Assembly (NCBI RefSeq): GCF_036588685.1
Contig: NC_086386.1
Location: 1,054,001-1,118,000 of the forward strand
Length of the DNA stretch: 64,000 nt
Direction of reading: 5' to 3'
Source of the DNA: Mytilus trossulus
Lineage: Eukaryota
This document shows positions 26,301 through 41,300 of the stretch, in pieces (position 1 is the first letter of the stretch; every line of letters starts with the position of its first letter). Made by a program: the position numbers and the translations under genes. The notes below the pieces were generated by a model, which saw nothing but the letters and a program-made list of their open reading frames with translations, made no database searches and was not told the origin of the DNA.

Positions 26301-29300
26301 ACTGTGTTTGTCCTTTTAAGAATTTGTGTTTGATTGAAAGCAAATTATCAAAATACCGATATCTTATGATACCTCGTTGTTTCAAGTCAACATGATGATT
26401 TTTATTGTTGGTCTTTGGTGCTCTTAAGCTGTTCTTTAAATAACGTATAACTTATATGTTGTGTTGTTGACAGTTATAGAGAGAAAGTCCAAGCTTACCT
26501 TTTGAAGAAGAAAAGAACTAATAATATATCCAAATGGATCTGCAACAGTTATATTCTTATTTTTGAAATGAAGTACCCAGTTTGTATAATACTTCCAAGT
26601 ATACCATGCATACAAAAACACATTTGAACGAATTTTTGGCACTACTTCCCGAAGTTTTGTATTTAATTCTGCTGCGTTTGACCGTTTACAAGAATACAAA
26701 GACATAAGATACCTGTATAAAAGAATAATATTTGCATTAAATGAGCAAATGTACAATTGCATTTTAAAGATAAAAATGTTTGCTTCATTCCAATTGTGAT
26801 GCTTCTCCTTGAGTAAACCAATTTATTATAACAACCTGCAATATTTTTATTTGATCTTTCATCTTTTCCTGGTCGTATTTGAAAATATGAAACGAAAGAA
26901 AGAACCTTTTTTAAACTTTCCTTTGGCAACAAATGTCGCAAAGCCATCAAATTGGACAATATATTTCCTCACAAATATAATATGTCACAGAACATAACAA
27001 CAGATAATAGTCCTTAGGATTTGCAGAATGGACATACTGCAACATTCGTAATTGTGTTTGTTTTTCTTGGAACAATTGGATTGTGCTAACAAAAGATTCA
27101 TTCATTATTAAATTAGATTTTCGCACATCAATATGATTAAAAAATTAATGGGTATTGTTTACCCTTTCATTAAGGAGTAATGTCTTGCTTTTTTTACAAA
27201 AAATAATAAACCCTCGTGATTTTATTACAAAAGTGTGAAAATCTCAATTAACGAACTTTTACCTCATTTTTTTTAATCGCACCATTTTTCGACTCTACAA
27301 CCCGGCAAAAATTAAAGACTTATCATTTCTCTAAACAAAAAATCCATATTTAGTAGGTTCATTCAAGTTGATTATATGTTGGCTTGGTCACTCCACAATG
27401 TACATTTCTTTTTTATTTGAAGAAAAAGGATTTTATTTGGGTATGTATGACTAAGAAAAGCACCATATTTTAAACCGAATTATTATATTAATGTTAGTAT
27501 TTTACAATTTAACATAATACATTATATAAATAACATCAATACAAATAGTATCATTCATTTTTTTGTGTATGTGTGTCTGTTTACAAATAGGGAAAAATAA
27601 CGGATCTACCGTTTTGTGATTATATTAAGCGTGTTTACTTTTATTGTCAGTTAATTATGAAAGTGTACTCTAAATAACTGCACTAATGAAGTGTACAATT
27701 CTCTGGGGCATTTTCCCTGAGAAAATTGCCTTCTGATTAAAGATTAAAGAGCAAAGATTAAACAAAACAAAACATTTAGAATTTTACAAGTTTTCATACA
27801 TTTTCTTATGGTACACATTTATAGAATAAACAGAAGCAATGGGGGTATGGATGTAGGTAAAAAAAATATCTATTTATTATATACCTGGCATTTGAGGGAT
27901 TTTTTTTCTCAAGAAATTTTTTTTGGCGGAGAAACACGATACATATAGAATTTACAATAAAAAGTAAGTGTTTAATGTTGAATGGTCAGACTTTGAATGC
28001 TTATACAGAGAGTTTTATTTTTATAAAAAAAAATCGAATCTCTAAAAGGGGATTTACAAAACATTGTGTTGCTTTTAAGATGAAAAAAATATCAAGATAT
28101 ATAAGTATCAAATTTTACCCGAAGCAGGAGAAAAACAAATTATCAACTCGGTCCTCACAAACTATGCCATTTTTTTTACATTTAGTTTATAAAAAAAAAG
28201 TGAACTCTTAATAAGGTTTAAATATTACAATGGGAAAGGCTAATTGTGTAAGGTCACTCGAAAGTGTGAATATGTTCTTAATTGGTCAGACAATACTTGG
28301 TCATGTTACATGAAGATTTGAGCCCTTTGTTTCTTTTTTGTTTGAAACAAATGTGCCTTATATATGGAGAAAACTATAACTGTTATCAAGGTGTTTATAT
28401 CAGAATATTCTCTATCTGCTTTTTTATGGCCAGTTATTATGTTTTCTATTTTAAGAATGTGACTATCTTTTTGCAGATAAAGTAGTAGCTTATATAATAT
28501 TATTATAAGGGCATGTAATAATTTTTTTTTATAGTTGTCAATTTCTTTGCAAAAGTTACAAGAATTGTTTTCTTATAATTTCCACTGAATTAGCAATTCA
28601 TTCCATGGAAGGATGAAGGGAAGTAATTCCCATTAAAACATTTTAAATTTGTTGTTTTCTATGCAATTAAATATGAACTTACGAGTGCTTTTAAATTTTA
28701 TATTTAAATTTTCTTCAAAATTCTTTCCCACTTCAGAAAATCTAGAGGTTTTTCGTGTTTATGACGGGCAAATCGTATTGAATATATTTCTTTATTACTC
28801 ATTTACGGATAAATATTATAATTGAGTAGTATTTGTAGATTTTTTGTATTTTTTATATTTACTTTTATTTTAAATGAGTTTTCTTGCTTTAAAATATTAT
28901 GCCAATGTTTTGAAATGGCTTTCTTCATATAAGGATAATTCTCGAATCCAATCACGTCTATCTTTTATTTTAATTAATATTTTATTTCTAACATTTATTT
29001 TGGAGCTGTCCGATGGTTGCCAGTCTCTGGCATGCCCTTAACATCTGGATTTTGGAAATGACAAATATTGAACTGCCTTTGAATATTATGGTTTTTGGTG
29101 GGGTTCGTGTTGTTTATTCTTTAGTTTTCTATGTTGTGTCATGTGTACTATTGTTTTTCTGTTTGTCTTTTTCATTTGTAGCCATGGCGTTGTCAGTTTG
29201 TATTAGATTTATGAGTTTGACTGTCCCTTTGGTATCTTTCGTCCCTCTTTTATGATTATTTTATTTGGTATCTACGAAAATGTTAAATTGAATTTTGTTA

Positions 29301-32300
29301 AAAATAAGATTATTCTACTTTCAAAATACTATATTTACCGAACAAAACTACAAGAAGTTTTGCCAAATTTAAATTCTTTACAAAACTTTTTTTAAGGAAC
29401 ACTTAGAAAAATACATTTCATTTAAAATAAATAATTTGTTTATTAAAGTGTCACATATTGATTGCAATAAAATAATTCATACACAATATACATCCATAAT
29501 AAAACAACCAATATCCAGCCAAAAACTGACTTACGAGACACTGTTATAAGATATTTATTCATTTTCAACCTATTATTGCACCATCAAATATATTAAATTG
29601 TTGTTTTATTAATTTGAATACTTCCTTTGTGTGAAAATGCCATTCTGTACACCTTTGTTCATGCATACATGGTGTGCTAGTCTATTTGTTACAATAAAGA
29701 AATTTCATTAGAAAATAAACCCCAATATTGTCTGATATGTAACCTCTTTCATCAAGTATGCCTTTTACGTACAAAATATAATGTTCCATCCATTTAGTAA
29801 ACACTAAGTATTTCCCTTTTGTTCTGTATGTTATTATTGCCCCATAAATTCTGCATTCTTATGTGAAAACGTTTGTTGGGTCTTTGTCTGTCCTCCCTTT
29901 ACAATAATCCAAGTTTTAATGATTTGCTGATAGAACTCAGAAAGGGATTCACATATTTTTTCTCTAACATTTTCACATTTTTAATTTGAAATATCAAGAG
30001 ATTTTTACCAAATTCGTTTAAGGAAACTTGGGTATGATTGACCAATTATCACCAGAATTGTGTTAATCCAGCGTAATTTAAGTGCTTTGAGATACAAGTT
30101 TATATCGATCATTTTTGACCCACCTTCTAAGTAGTCTTTTCAAAGGGTTGCGCATTTAATTTTATCTATTTTCCCATTTCATATAGAATTAAATACTAGA
30201 GTTTTAAACTTTTGTATTATTTCCCTTGGGATGTACATGTTTGATGCAAAATAGGTTTGATTTGGAAGAATTAATAATTTTACTACTATTACTATACCTA
30301 TTAATGATGACCAACTTGTTATGGCGTCCGTAACATTTAAGAGGGGATGATTTCGACCTCACCATATGGAACTCTTGGTTTAAAAGCTTCATTAAGAGCA
30401 GCAATCCTTTCTCAAGTAAACACAAGCGCGGGAATATCGAAACAATTTGTAGATGGGGCAATATGCGCAATTGTTATTCCATAGGCCGTAATGGTAACGT
30501 TTTCTTCTGTTGCTCAGCCCATATCGTAAAGTATATGTATGATGGCTTGTTTCGAAGCTGAGACATTTTTACATATGTGGTTAAATTTTCGGGGTACGAA
30601 GTGTGATTCATTTTTCCGTAATTTAGCAAACCCCGAGTATCCTTTTACGATGTCGCTCCTCATGGTAAAAAATCCCAATTTTAACACAATAAGTTCTTTG
30701 AAATTTTAATACTTTGAACACGTTTCATAGCTCCATGGTTTTTACACATTTATTCTGTGTTCCCTTATTTTCTAAATTAACACTAATGGTTCAGCTCAGT
30801 TATTTGTTTATCATAGAAATGTGTCAAATATCACTACACAGAGATTTTTTGTTTACACGTGACTTTTGTGTTCCTCATTTCAAGGCGCATTAGGGGTATT
30901 GTCCCAGATATATACTCCATATGCTGGAATGTTGCTACATAGAAATGGAAAGTTCACAATTAGGAAGCTGAACTCCTGTCTTTTGACATAATGTTTTGTT
31001 TCTAACCAACCCTCGTTGTCAATTTCTAGATATAAGTCAAGATATGAAGCAGACTAAACTGTTGTTGCATCCCTAATCCCTAGTGCAATGGGATAGATGC
31101 ATTTAACATAGTCATCAAAAGATCTTTAGAATTTTTATGTATTCACTTCTGATTCACGCCACCTTTAACATGGGCAGTTGCACAATAACTTTGAAGCCCG
31201 GGTTTGATTGCTGATACAATAGATGTGAATCATTTAGAAAGAGGTTTCGCGGAGCACTTGCAAGACAAAGCAATATACCGTTGTTTGTAAGGACACTTGT
31301 GTAGTTTATGCATCCAATTCATCCTAAACAAATGCCAAAGTACATACAATTTTATACTATTTCATCTTGCAAAAGTATAAAACATTTAACCACTCTACAC
31401 TTTACACAAGCATTACCCATTTTGAACTAAAAGACAAGTTGAAAGAATTGTTGTTGCATTGTTTCATAAAAAAAGAATTGCCAACGTAAATACAAGTATT
31501 TTGTTTTAGGGAGGGATAAATTCTACATTGTAAAACCCGCTCTGATTTGAACAAAACATTCTCTGAAACTGACAATTCCAAGATGCTAGATTTCTTGATT
31601 GACAACATATTTGTTACGTTTGAAAGACTTGTTTTTCAATAGACTGTCGGCATTCCCATGGGAACCAATTGTGTACCTCTTCTTGACGACTTGTTTATTT
31701 ATTCCTTTGAAGCTGACGTCATACAGGAACTTCTTAAGCCGAAAGAAAAGAAATTATCAATATCCTTTCCTTTCTTATACGTTCCGCTAAATAGATGATG
31801 TTCTCTAACTATATGATTCAAAATTTTGTGACTATGTTGAACGCATCTATCCCATCGAACTAGAAATAAAGGATATAACAGATACAGTAAAATCTGCCTC
31901 ATATCTTGACTTATATCTAGAAATTGACAATGAGGGTCGATTTAAAACTAAGCTTTACGACAAAAACGTGATTTCAGCTTCACATTTATGAACTTCTTTG
32001 TAGCAATATTCCAGCAGAGCCTGCATACGGAGTATATATCTACTAACTCCCGAGCTTGTATTTCTTATCTTCATTTCCTTGATAGAGGGTTGCTGCTCAG
32101 AAGGAAGCTATTAAACCAAGAATTCTAAATGGTGAAGTTGAAATCATTCCTTCGAAAAAAAAAAAAGTCACACAAATTCAAAATTCAAAATTCATAAGAT
32201 CAACATCAGTGATTTAAGATAATTATACGTTAGCAAGTACCAAAACAAAAGTTTTAGACACCCTTACTCTAATTTTTTGATACGTCTCTTGATCAAGTAG

Positions 32301-35300
32301 TTATTACCATACAAAAAAAACTAAGTTAAACAGAATTTACACATACCATGCAGATCCAGATAAGCCAGCGGTGTACATTGTAGAATCTAAAATTCCTCTT
32401 TCCTTAAGTGCAGTCATAGCGGCAGACATTCCAATCACAGCACGCAAACCACCACCAGATCCAATGATTGCAATGTTTGGGGTCTGAATTTGTGAATACA
32501 TTTTAAGGGCATAAAGACTTATACAATTCTAGTAATGAGACAAATAGACTTAAATAAAACACTGCTTAATCAATAAAATTGACTATATCTGAACACAAAA
32601 GTGATTCTTATGTCTGCTACAAACATTTTCATTACAACTAAAACAAGAATGTGTCCAAAATACACGGATTACCCACTCGCATAATCTTTTTCCATTCCAT
32701 GTTCAATGGACCGTGAAATTGGATAAAAAATCTAATTTGGCATTAAATTAAAAAGATCATATCAAAAGGTACATGTGTACTAAGTTTCAAGTTGATTGGA
32801 CTTCAGCTTCATCACAAACTAATAAAATTGTGAATGGAAATGGGAAATGTATCAAAGAGACAACAACCCGACCATAGAAAAAACAGGTCTTCAATGTAAC
32901 GAGAAATTCCTGCACCCGAAAGCGTCCTTCAGCTGGCCCATAAACAAGTATATACTAGTTCAGTGATAATAAACCCCATACTAGTTTCCAAATTGTACAC
33001 AAGAAACTAAAATTATACCATGACCAAAAACTTTAACCTGAAGCGGGACGAACGGACGGACGGACGAACGGACGAACCGGCAGACGGACGCACAGACCAT
33101 AAAACATAATTCACTTCTACTATCGTAGGTGCGACATACAAACAGACAAACAATAGAACACATGACACAACATATGAAACAAAAGAATTAGCAACACGAA
33201 CCCCACCAAAAAATAAGAGTGATGTTAGGTGCTCTGGATAGGTAAGCAGATCCTGCTCCACATGTGGCACCCATCGTGTTGCTTATGTTATAACAAATCC
33301 AGTAAATAGTCAAATTCGGAAGGTCACATTCATGAAAGGGAAGGGGATTGTAGTTACACCGTGAGGAACATATCTGATAAAAGAGGGGCTAAAGATACCA
33401 AAGGAACAGTCAAACTCATAAATTTTAAATAAACTGACAACACCATGGCTAAAAATGAAACAGACAAATAATAGTACACAGGAAACAACATAGAAAACTA
33501 AAGACTGAGTAAGACTAACCCCAAAAAAAACTGGGTGCTCCGGAAGTGCAAGAAGATATTACACCTTATGATGCACTCGTCGTGTTGCTCATTTGATAAC
33601 AAATCGGGAAAATTGTCTAATTTGGTTGGTCTTATTCATGAAAAAGGAAAGCGACGTAAAAGACAAGATAAAAACTGTTTTGTATGTGTCTTGAAAATAT
33701 TGTTTGAATTGACATAGAATTAAAATTAAAAAAAACATACGAAATAGTTCTAATAATTTTCTTTTTTTTTTTCTTTAATGACTGAATCGGGATACGAATG
33801 GCAGATTATGAATTCATAGCAGGAGAGGCTGATCATGTCATCGCAATCGGTCACTCTCCTTTACGTAAATCAGTCCGTTTGGGTTTGCATCATGTTTTTG
33901 TTTTTTTCTAGATTTATATACGAGAATTGAACAACGACAAACAACGGTATTTACATTTCATTTTGCATTATTGTATGAATGATATTTGATAATAAGACTT
34001 ACATCTTTTTCCTCTGAAAGATTGTGGAGCCCAAATCGTCTCTTCAAATTGATAAACACTCGTTCCCTCCTTTTTTCTATAAATATTTCCTCTTTACGAC
34101 ATAACTGGTTAATATTTCTAAATTTGACATCTGTATGCCTATTGATGACATTCGAACGACATATTTAAAACAAAATGAAATAATGAAAATAAAATTCCTT
34201 GATATACCATTATGTTTTTATCTATTTAATTGTGTATATGTTTGTGGAAATGTTTTCAGTGTGACACATTCACAGCATTTTATGACAATATTTATAAGCT
34301 CAAGTAAGACACATAAATGCAAGTCAAAATCAATTTTTATATTTGATGTAACAAACGTAACCAAATTGTACCCTTGTACATTTATGAGCATTTTTAGGTT
34401 TTACGTTCTGTCGATGCATGTACTTGTCACGAATTTTCGATTGTGACAAGGGAACGTCACCATCTAAAAATTAGTAATTAACAATATAAAATGGAACGTC
34501 ACCTCTTTTATCTTCAATTTTATATTTGTTTGGTTTTTCAACTATTTTGATCTGAACATCACTGTTGAGTCTTATGTAGACGATACGCGTATCTAGCATA
34601 TCAAAATTATAAGCCTGGTACCTTTAATAACTATTATCGTTAATTTTTGTAATAAAGCATCGCGGTAATGGATTAGATATCAAGCTTCAGGAATTTGCAT
34701 TATTCATTGTTAACATAAGCTTTATTAAGATTTAGTTTATTGGTGAGTATAGCCATTTACAGTAGATTCTGAAGTTGTATTTCATTTTGTGCTGTAACAT
34801 CACTGTTCAAAGTTCTGGAGGTAGGTGAACGCTCACAAACATGTTTTTATCCGCTGAATTATTTGTGTGCCTATCTTTGAATCGTTGTCTTTAATTGAGG
34901 GGTTGTTGACTGTCGCTGTCTGTTATAACGTTGTTTTGTGAATTGTTTTACAAATTTATTAGGCCTGTGGTTTTTACGTTTTAAATTGTTTAACATTTTG
35001 TCAGGATGTTTACAAAACTTTGAATTTATCGAAAAACTAAGGATTGTTTTTATCCCAGACATAGATTACCTTAGCGGTATTTGGCACAACTTTTTGGAAT
35101 TTGGATCCTCAATGCTCTTCAAATTTGTACTAGTTAGGCTTTATAAATATTTTGATATGAGCGTCACTGATGAGTCTTATGTAGACGAAACGCGCGTCTG
35201 GCGTACTAAATTATAATCCTGGTACCTTTGATAACTATTTACACCACTAGGTCGGTGGCACTGCTGGTGGACGTCCCCGAGAGTATCACCAGCCCAGTAG

Positions 35301-38300
35301 TCAACACTTCGGTGTTGACATGAATATCAATAATGTGTTCATTTTTATAAATTTCCTGTTTACAAAACTTTGAATTTTTCGAAAAACTAAGGATTTTCTT
35401 ATCCCAGGCATAGATTACCGTAGCAGTATTTGGCACATTTTTTTGGAATTTTGGATCCTCCATGCTCTTCAATTTGTACTAGTTTGGCTTTATAAATATT
35501 TTGATATGAGCGTCACTGATGAGTCTTATGTAGACGAAACGCGCGTCTGGCGTACTAAATTATAATCCTGGTACCTTTGATAACTATTTTATACTTGAAT
35601 ATACATTATGCAGTTTTTCACGAAGTTTATGTCCGAACAGTGACATGAAGTTGTCTAGATCAACGTTGATTTCATTCCATTAGATATTTGTCTGGTTTGT
35701 AATCATACAACATCGTCTTATTCTATTTGATATAATCATCACAATCGTCAGAAGCCATACTCCCAAATGCTGTGAAGGGACAGCCGAAAATTCAAAACGG
35801 GGATCTAATCAGATGTGTAGTCCGACGCGCTAATGCGCCTACCAGTACACTACGGCACTCCTTTGTTTAAGTTTAAAAAAAACACATGTATTTTGTAGTC
35901 GTCAAGTCTCCTTAATATTATACCATTTAATACTTACGGGTTGCTAATAACATCAAATTCTATTTTGGCCTAAAACGACAAGTTTGTTTTGATTATTTCA
36001 TACTACAAAAGAGTAAACGATATTTTATCATCCATCTTATATCCATTATTTTGATTAAGTGACCTTGATTTGTCCTTTGTCCATCGGTTAACGAGATTTG
36101 AACATCCACTAACCGTCTTTTCTAATCGACATAAAACAACAGCTTTAAATTGTTGTCAATACCATCTTTTATTAGGGAGCTCCCGTGGCGACTATTCTGT
36201 GTATGTCGTAGATCACTCGCCAAGTTAAATTGACCCCGGTTAGATTAGCTAGATTTTCCTGGGGGTTTTTTCTGCTGAAAGCAGATGATTCTCACCGGAT
36301 ATTCCGGTTTTAATGGTCATCCGAGGTCACTAAGAATTGTGTGGGAAAAAAACTTCAAACATTCCAATAGCTCTTTTCATTTAACATTTATGTACAATAT
36401 TGTCTTTGACATTTGCATAAACAAGGCAGCTTGAATCGATATTAAAATCATTGGTGTGAAAAAAACCAAGATCAAAAAAATACTGAACTCAGAGGAAAAT
36501 TTAAAATGGAAAGTTCCTACTCAAATGGCAAAATAAAAAAAAAAAGCTCAAACACATCAAACCTATCGATAGTAACTTTCATATTTCTGACTTCGTACAG
36601 GCATGTTCTTATGTGGAAAAAGTAGATTTAATCTAGTTTTAATCTTTAATCTAGTTAGATCCCTCTCACTTTTATGACATTCGCATTAAATATCATTATA
36701 TTGACAACGACGTGTGAACATAACAAACAGACATAATAGGTAAAAATGTCACATATAGGGATAAAGCAATCAACATTGTGTTATGTTCTAAATCACTATT
36801 AAAACAAACAAATATGTTACAAAGAAGCACAAAAAGGCACAGAAAAGGCACAGAAGCAAAAATCTACAATTATATGTGATACTAAAACAATTACACTTAA
36901 GCTTAATTTCATTCTTTGCTGTAATTTTTTATTCAAAATCGCATTGCCATGTTAATGTTTATACCCTTCGAGGTCCTTAATTGGAACAAAATATATTTTT
37001 TTTTCTTATTCTTCTATTTCATATGCACTTTGGTACAAATACAAATTAAGACATTCATAACTTTGCAGCTTACATGGCTAAAGTTTACGTCGAACGCCGG
37101 CTCAGTTAATTTCTCTAGGCTGATAGATTTCAGTTCGTCTCTTGTTTGAAAATCTGTTTTGTCAAATGAAAGTAAACGTATATCTGGAAACCAAAAGAAA
37201 AGTTGTATGAAAAAGATTGAACTAGATTTAAAAATTGCAATAATATAGATCATGCAATTATTTTCAAACTTAAATTCCAGCTCTCCTTGCACAATTCAAG
37301 AAGATTTACTTTGTTTGCAACAGATTAAGAAGTGAATTTTACTGATTTTGAACGTACTTTTTTAGTTTGAGGCTTTGGTACACCGTATGCATTTAAACTC
37401 GATAAGGTGGAAAAAGACAGACCCAATAAAAAACAACACATATAAAGGCTAAAAATACAATTCACGCAATACTAATTTTATTAAAGTGAATATCATTAAC
37501 TAAACCTCGAACTGTAAAGATTCTCAGGAGGTAACGATATATTCCGTTTCACAACCTTCTCCTGTAATTTTAAAGGATTTCCTGTGTAAAATATATATGT
37601 TTGTCAATCGCTGAAGACTATTAAAACCCATCAAAGATACCAGCCATATCATTCAATACAAGAGCACGATTTGTCTGCAGAAGAATCGATAATGGTCTTA
37701 TCAGCATAACAGTTAAAAGACCAAATCTGGATCATTCATTGTAAGACAAAACTCAAGCACTGCCAAAAACGGTTGGAAAACCATTTACCTTTGGTTGATG
37801 TCATAATTGTTTTTGAATATTTCATATTTGAATGTCTTAAAAGCTGTAAAAAGGTGAAATTATTTTATATATATTAGGTAAACACCAAAGTCCTGCCTAT
37901 TACACAGGTGTTATCCATTAAATGAAAAATTTACCAGTAGTGGCAACATCCTAAGTGTTTTCGAACCTTACCGTAAACCTGATCAAAACCCTACCATAAG
38001 TCTTATAATTCAAATGCGCCATACGCACGTTTCAAGTCATCGGTATGCTGGAATTTCAGTTGTAAATTTTAAAAAACAAGTACATACTAGTCCTTACAGG
38101 GGCAAAAATGTAACCATTCAGTTAACCGTTAAATTCCCGTGACAAAACGTTAGTAAGGTTTCGCTGCGAAAAAAATGTGATTTATACTTTAAGCGAGTCG
38201 CATATTAAATGTGAAAAGAGAGACAAATTGAGTAAAAACGGGCATTTTTAGTTTATTTCTTACCTGTAAATACTTTAACCTTGTAAAATACACATTTTTT

Positions 38301-41300
38301 TATTTTTAAAAATTCATCCGAGCTATTTGGTCTTTTATAACATTTAATTATAACCGCGTTTCTGGATTTGCCTTTATCAGGGTCAACTTAAACCAAAATT
38401 ATTGAAATTTAAGGTCGTGTTACCTCTGAAAAAAGAATGAGCTGCATTCGATAAGATGAAAAACATACCGAACATTAGTTCATCCAATTTTTTTAATTCT
38501 TTTTTTTCGACAATAAATCTAAATGTTTCATTCCAGGCAGTTGGTGATATTGAAGAACCTTCATCCATAAAGGTAGTAAACATGTGTTGATTTACTAGAA
38601 GTCGATTTTTCTGAAGTCCAATATGAGCCAAAACTATGAAAAAAAAAATGATGTCATTTCGTCATTCAATACAAAATTCGACATAACAAAATTGTTTTTG
38701 TTAATGCTGACAACAATATCCCTGTGGCTTATTTTTTGTTTTGTTTGTTTTCTGAAGAATGTTTTCACTGAGATTTTTTTAAATAAAAAGATATTGCTTT
38801 TATTGTGTTTGATGTTGTAAATAGTTATCAAAGGTACCAGGATTATAATTACTGTTGTTTTACATTTCCAATTTCATCCAAACAAGGATGCAGAGTTCAT
38901 GTAGACAGTTGTTCAAAAATATAAAATCCTTCTTTATGTTTACATTGACCGCTCGTATCTGTGGCCTTTTGCTACTTGTGTTCTTAAGACTTTGAATTAA
39001 AAAGAGTTCACATAAGAAGATTACATTCATAACTGTAATATAATTCAAATTCAATTCAATTTACTTACCGACACCCCATGTTCGAAAGTCATTTTTTACT
39101 GTGATGTCAAACTTCACGAAAGCAAACGGAGAGCTTAGCTGAAGAAAAAAATCCATTATTGCAACATTAATATAGCCAAGTTCTATTTCAAAAAATTTCC
39201 ATATAGATAGTAGGAACACGTTTCATTTTGAAATAGTTCACATTTAAAAATAAAAACACTTTATATTGTCCTTCAATGATTCTCAAAAGGATTTGTTTTA
39301 AACATAACACAATTGGGATGTAATTCTGCAATGTATTAATAGTTCAATTGGAAACTTATTAACTCTGAAATAATAGATATTGTAAAACATTTAAACAATG
39401 TACCAACTAAAGTGTATACAGATTTCAGCAAATAAACTTACTTTATAATATTGGTATTTACTCTCCGACCTAAAAATTTATACAAAAAAAGTATTACGTT
39501 TTATATAAAGCACAATGATAACGGCAATAACTACTTTTATCTGAATTGGATGAAAAAATTATTAAAGATGCTGATATTTTTGGTTTACAGCACGCACATT
39601 TCATCAACATAACATATATCAGTTGCGCACGAATGAAAACATTTGAATCTCATACAAGATGCAAGAGCATTAAATAAAACAAATTTAAAGCTATTTTTAG
39701 CAAAACATATCTTAGGCTGAACATTCCCTGTGGTTATAAAACCGTATTCGTTCGAACAATTATTTTTCTTTTTTAACATTCATAAATTCTTTATTGCACT
39801 CTTTGCTGTTTTAACAAATTACTTAATGTACAGCATTCCATCAAGTATCCCTGTTACATACAATTATAACTGATATCCAGGGAGAATATACAGTAAAACT
39901 TAACTTATCTTATACATAGCCATTTAATACATTTCTATTTTCTATTATTACTTAAATAATACATAATATCATATAAAATCTTATCGAAGTATTTAATGAT
40001 GTTACAGACATTGTGTCGTGAAGTTTACGGAGAAAAATCCGTTATCGGTTTTTTAATAGAATTTTGAAACATGAAAATATGAATGAGACACAGCATGCTT
40101 ACTGTCTTTCGAACAATTTTTCAACTTATCATATCTATCATATCGAACTATTTACAGAACATGAACATTAGCTTCTTAAACCCCATCAATGACACCCAAA
40201 TCAAACCATTTTGAAGGTAAAATCATATAGTTTCACGAACATGGATAGTATTTGATGAGGAAACCTTTTAGTTGAATATATCCTTATTTTTTTATTTTTT
40301 TATAACATCAAATGTGTGATTTCGGAGGGCGTTTTTATATGCATTCCCATGAGAACCAATTGTGGAATTGTTTTTGGCGACTTGTTCCTTTATTTTCGTA
40401 TTCAAAATGGCGGAACGAAATAAATGGGGACATATACAAAAGGAAAAACATGACAAATATACCACGTAATGAATATCCAAATATAAATTAGTATTTCATA
40501 TCATAGAACAATATATCTAACTAAATCACGGACAAGCTACGCAAGGACGGTAAACAATAAAATATTTGGAAATAAGTGAGACATGGATTGCAATTTCAAA
40601 AGTTTTCACAAATGAATAATCCGTAACTCTATGGTCTATACATTCTCTAAAAATTTCACAAGGACCATTAATAAAGGCAACAGTAGTATACCGCTGTTCG
40701 AAATTCATAAATCGATAGAGAAAAAACAAATGCAGGTTACAAACTAAAACTGAGGAAAACGCATCAAATATAAGAGAACTACGGCACAACAGAAACACAA
40801 CATTAAAATGTAACACACACAGAAACGTTGTGCAGCCATGGTCGGGCTAGTTATGTGCCAACACATCTTATTATACCCATGACTTTTTGTGGAGCTCATT
40901 CTGCTCTGTCTTTATCCCTGTATGCAGATTTCGTTGTTTTCCATCTTGTTTTTTGCTATGATTCTCCCTTTCGACCTTTTTTCCCAATTTTTTATAGTAG
41001 GTTATGAAACATGTTTATAATTGCTTGGGAAAACACTTTCCATTTGAACATACAATATTTAAGTATTAGCCGCTTATTAAGCGTTATAACCACACATTTG
41101 AATTAGTTCAGTTTTCTTTTTTATTTTCGTATTTTTATCTACAACGTTTAAGTTTCCCAATTATATTCCTTCTGATTTTCTCTCTACAACTCTGAGCTAG
41201 GAGAATATGGTTTTGGAATATAAGAAGTCCTAAGAAGTAAGATTTTTCACTCGTACCCGTTTCAATCCATTGCAATCATTAATTTGTTTGATTTCTCTTT

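Larger units (their letters stand above)
35005..35588 (+). mobile_element. Non-LTR retrozyme (Penelope-associated), ~1.7 tandem copies of a 349-bp unit
   Basis: Direct repeat 35005-35238 / 35355-35588, each with a hammerhead; matches the architecture described for metazoan retrozymes. Confidence 0.8.

Noticed and set aside
38860-39054. ORF between two C2 exons as an extra cPLA2 exon
   Set aside because: No phase-compatible donor; the flanking exons join in frame without it.
40095-40160. Strong donor (gtaagc) as the cPLA2 first coding exon
   Set aside because: In-frame stop and no ATG in the required phase; at most a non-coding alternative.
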